Origin: an uncultured Prevotellaceae bacterium
Lineage (GTDB): Bacteria; Bacteroidota; Bacteroidia; Bacteroidales; Bacteroidaceae
Reading direction: 5' to 3'
Assembly (NCBI GenBank): GCA_937891085.1
Contig: CALAEY010000012.1
Coordinates: 2,403 to 66,402 of the forward strand
Length of the DNA stretch: 64,000 bases
Every line of letters starts with the position of its first letter. The first letter of the stretch is position 1. The translations under genes were made by a program, and so were the position numbers. Under the pieces are notes generated by a model. The model was given only the letters and a program-made list of their open reading frames with translations. It was not told the DNA's origin and made no database searches. This document shows, in pieces, positions 62,421-64,000 of this stretch.

Positions 62421-62798
62421 ATGAAGAAGTTTGCATTAGTATTTATGAGCATGTTCCTGATGCTTTTAGGAACTGCCAATGTAGCCAAGGCCGAAGTTAA
62501 TGAACCAAAAGATTTCGTAGGTAAGTGGACTGCCACTATCGTAGGTCTGCCAGACGGTGACATCACCATGAACGTGGAGATCAAGCTCGACGGCGACAAG
62601 TTGGTAGGCACCTATTCTGCCGAAGGTTTAGGCTCCGCAGAGTTCGACCAGATTGTTGCAAAGAACAACTTGGCCACTTTCTACTTCAACGCCAGCGGCT
62701 ACGACGTATCCATGACTTTCGAACTGAAAGATGCCAACACGGGCATCGGCGACATGATGGAAATGTTCGATGTGAAATGGAAACGTGTTCAAGAGTAA
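62421..62798 (+). CDS. Exported hypothetical beta-rich protein
   Basis: Signal peptide, DFVGKW motif; TACTTTG promoter-like box upstream, terminator downstream. Confidence 0.75.
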   Translation: MKKFALVFMSMFLMLLGTANVAKAEVNEPKDFVGKWTATIVGLPDGDITMNVEIKLDGDKLVGTYSAEGLGSAEFDQIVAKNNLATFYFNASGYDVSMTFELKDANTGIGDMMEMFDVKWKRVQE

Positions 62799-62822
62799 AA
62801 CGGATCACCTATCCATAAAGTG

Positions 62823-62855
62823 AAAGCTCCTTGCATGCAAGGGGCTTTTCTTTTT
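62823..62855 (+). terminator. Intrinsic terminator
   Basis: aaagctccttgc/gcaaggggcttt followed by a T-run. Confidence 0.75.
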
Positions 62856-62904
62856 GCTATTTATGAAAAAAGACTTATCTTTACGGCACTAATAGCAACT
62901 GCTT

Positions 62905-64000
62905 ATGAAAGAACCACTGAACAGCCAGCGAGTACGCCATCTGGCACCAGAGAACGACCCGCTCAAGATAGGCATGGGATGGACCATCGAAGACCTGGAC
63001 AAGCCACAGGTCTTGGTAGAAAGCACGTTTGGCGACTCCCACCCAGGCAGTGCCCACCTGCTGGGCTTGGTAGAGCAGGCCATGCAGGGCATCCGTGACG
63101 CAGGAGGAAAGGGCGCACGCTACTTCGTGACTGACATCTGCGATGGCATTGCCCAGGGGCATGACGGCATCAACTACTCCCTGCCCCATCGTGACATGAT
63201 AGCCAATATGATAGAGATTCATGGGCGCAGCACGGGCTTCGACGGTGGGGTGTTCATCGCCAGTTGCGACAAGTCGGTACCTGCCAACCTCATGGGACTC
63301 TGCCGCTTAGACATGCCCTCTATCGTCATCACAGGCGGGGTGATGGATGCGGGGCCCGACCTCCTCACACTGGAGCAGATAGGAGCCTACTCTGCCATGT
63401 GCCAGCGAGGAGAGATTACAGAGGAGAAACTCACTTATTATAAGCAGCACGCCTGTCCGTCGTGCGGAGCCTGCTCCTTCATGGGCACGGCTTCCACCAT
63501 GCAGATCATGGCAGAGGCGCTAGGCCTCATGCTGCCAGGCTCTGCCCTGATGCCCGCCACCAGTGCCGACCTTCAGACCAAGGCCTACGAGGCAGGCAAG
63601 CAGACACTCTGGCTCATCGAGAAGGGCATCAAAGCCAGCGACATCGTCACCATGGAGGCCATAGAGAATGCCATCATGGTGCACGCTGCCATCTCTGGCT
63701 CCACCAACTCCCTGCTCCATCTGCCCGCCATGGCACATGAGTTGGGCATTGAGATAGACGCAGACACCTTCGACCGCATGCATCGAGGGGCGCACTATCT
63801 GCTCGACATCCGTCCCGCTGGGCGTTGGCCAGCGCAGTTCTTCTACTATGCGGGGGGTGTCCCAGCCGTGATGGAAGAAATCAAGTCCATGCTGCACCTC
63901 GATGCACTTACCGTCACAGGCAAGACCGTCGGAGAGAACCTTGCAGCCCTGAAAGCCGAAGGGTTCTATGAGCATTGCGAAGCCTATCTCCAGCCTTGGG
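62905..64000 (+). CDS. IlvD/Edd-family dehydratase (3'-truncated by window edge; absent from the ORF track)
   Basis: Own translation: MKEPLNSQRVRHLAPENDPLKIGMGW...TDICDGIAQGHDG...SCDK...CPSCGACSFMGTASTMQ...ISGSTNSLLHL. Confidence 0.88.
   Translation, partial: MKEPLNSQRVRHLAPENDPLKIGMGWTIEDLDKPQVLVESTFGDSHPGSAHLLGLVEQAMQGIRDAGGKGARYFVTDICDGIAQGHDGINYSLPHRDMIANMIEIHGRSTGFDGGVFIASCDKSVPANLMGLCRLDMPSIVITGGVMDAGPDLLTLEQIGAYSAMCQRGEITEEKLTYYKQHACPSCGACSFMGTASTMQIMAEALGLMLPGSALMPATSADLQTKAYEAGKQTLWLIEKGIKASDIVTMEAIENAIMVHAAISGSTNSLLHLPAMAHELGIEIDADTFDRMHRGAHYLLDIRPAGRWPAQFFYYAGGVPAVMEEIKSMLHLDALTVTGKTVGENLAALKAEGFYEHCEAYLQPW

Overview
A gene-dense chromosomal window from a Bacteroidales bacterium, most like Bacteroidaceae/Prevotellaceae. 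This is inferred from gene content, gene order and many TAnnTTTG -7 promoter boxes. Most of it is housekeeping. It holds a TolC-MacA-MacB-type ABC efflux operon with a LytS/LytTR two-component system, an acyl-CoA ligase, class 3 fbp, tRNA-Lys and tRNA-Glu, thrS-infC-rpmI-rplT, ruvX-def-TPR and a YjbH-like/His-tailed lipoprotein/OmpA triad. It continues with galM-MFS-galK, mdh, nadK, exbBD-tonB-DJ1-ispD-recG, tpiA, folE, dnaG, a Phe/Tyr biosynthesis operon, mrp, lutABC, zapBA-rny, lctP, dinB, a Fur-family gene, pdxK, DUF1080 and a truncated IlvD/Edd-family gene. No CRISPR array, transposase, integrase or prophage was seen. The most interesting signals are non-coding: (1) a Phe/Tyr leader-peptide attenuator upstream of pheA; (2) a ~180-nt rod RNA with its own promoter and terminator downstream of rplT, a Bacteroidales-1/6S-like candidate; (3) a structured candidate leader between rpmI and rplT; (4) modular intergenic elements built from nested hairpins and 22-bp-period arrays, one bracketing a ~1-kb cassette with an apparent orphan antitoxin, a candidate sRNA and an inverted-repeat-bounded segment; (5) 7/8-mer arrays at operon gene junctions. 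All family calls come from reading motifs by eye; no database searches were run.
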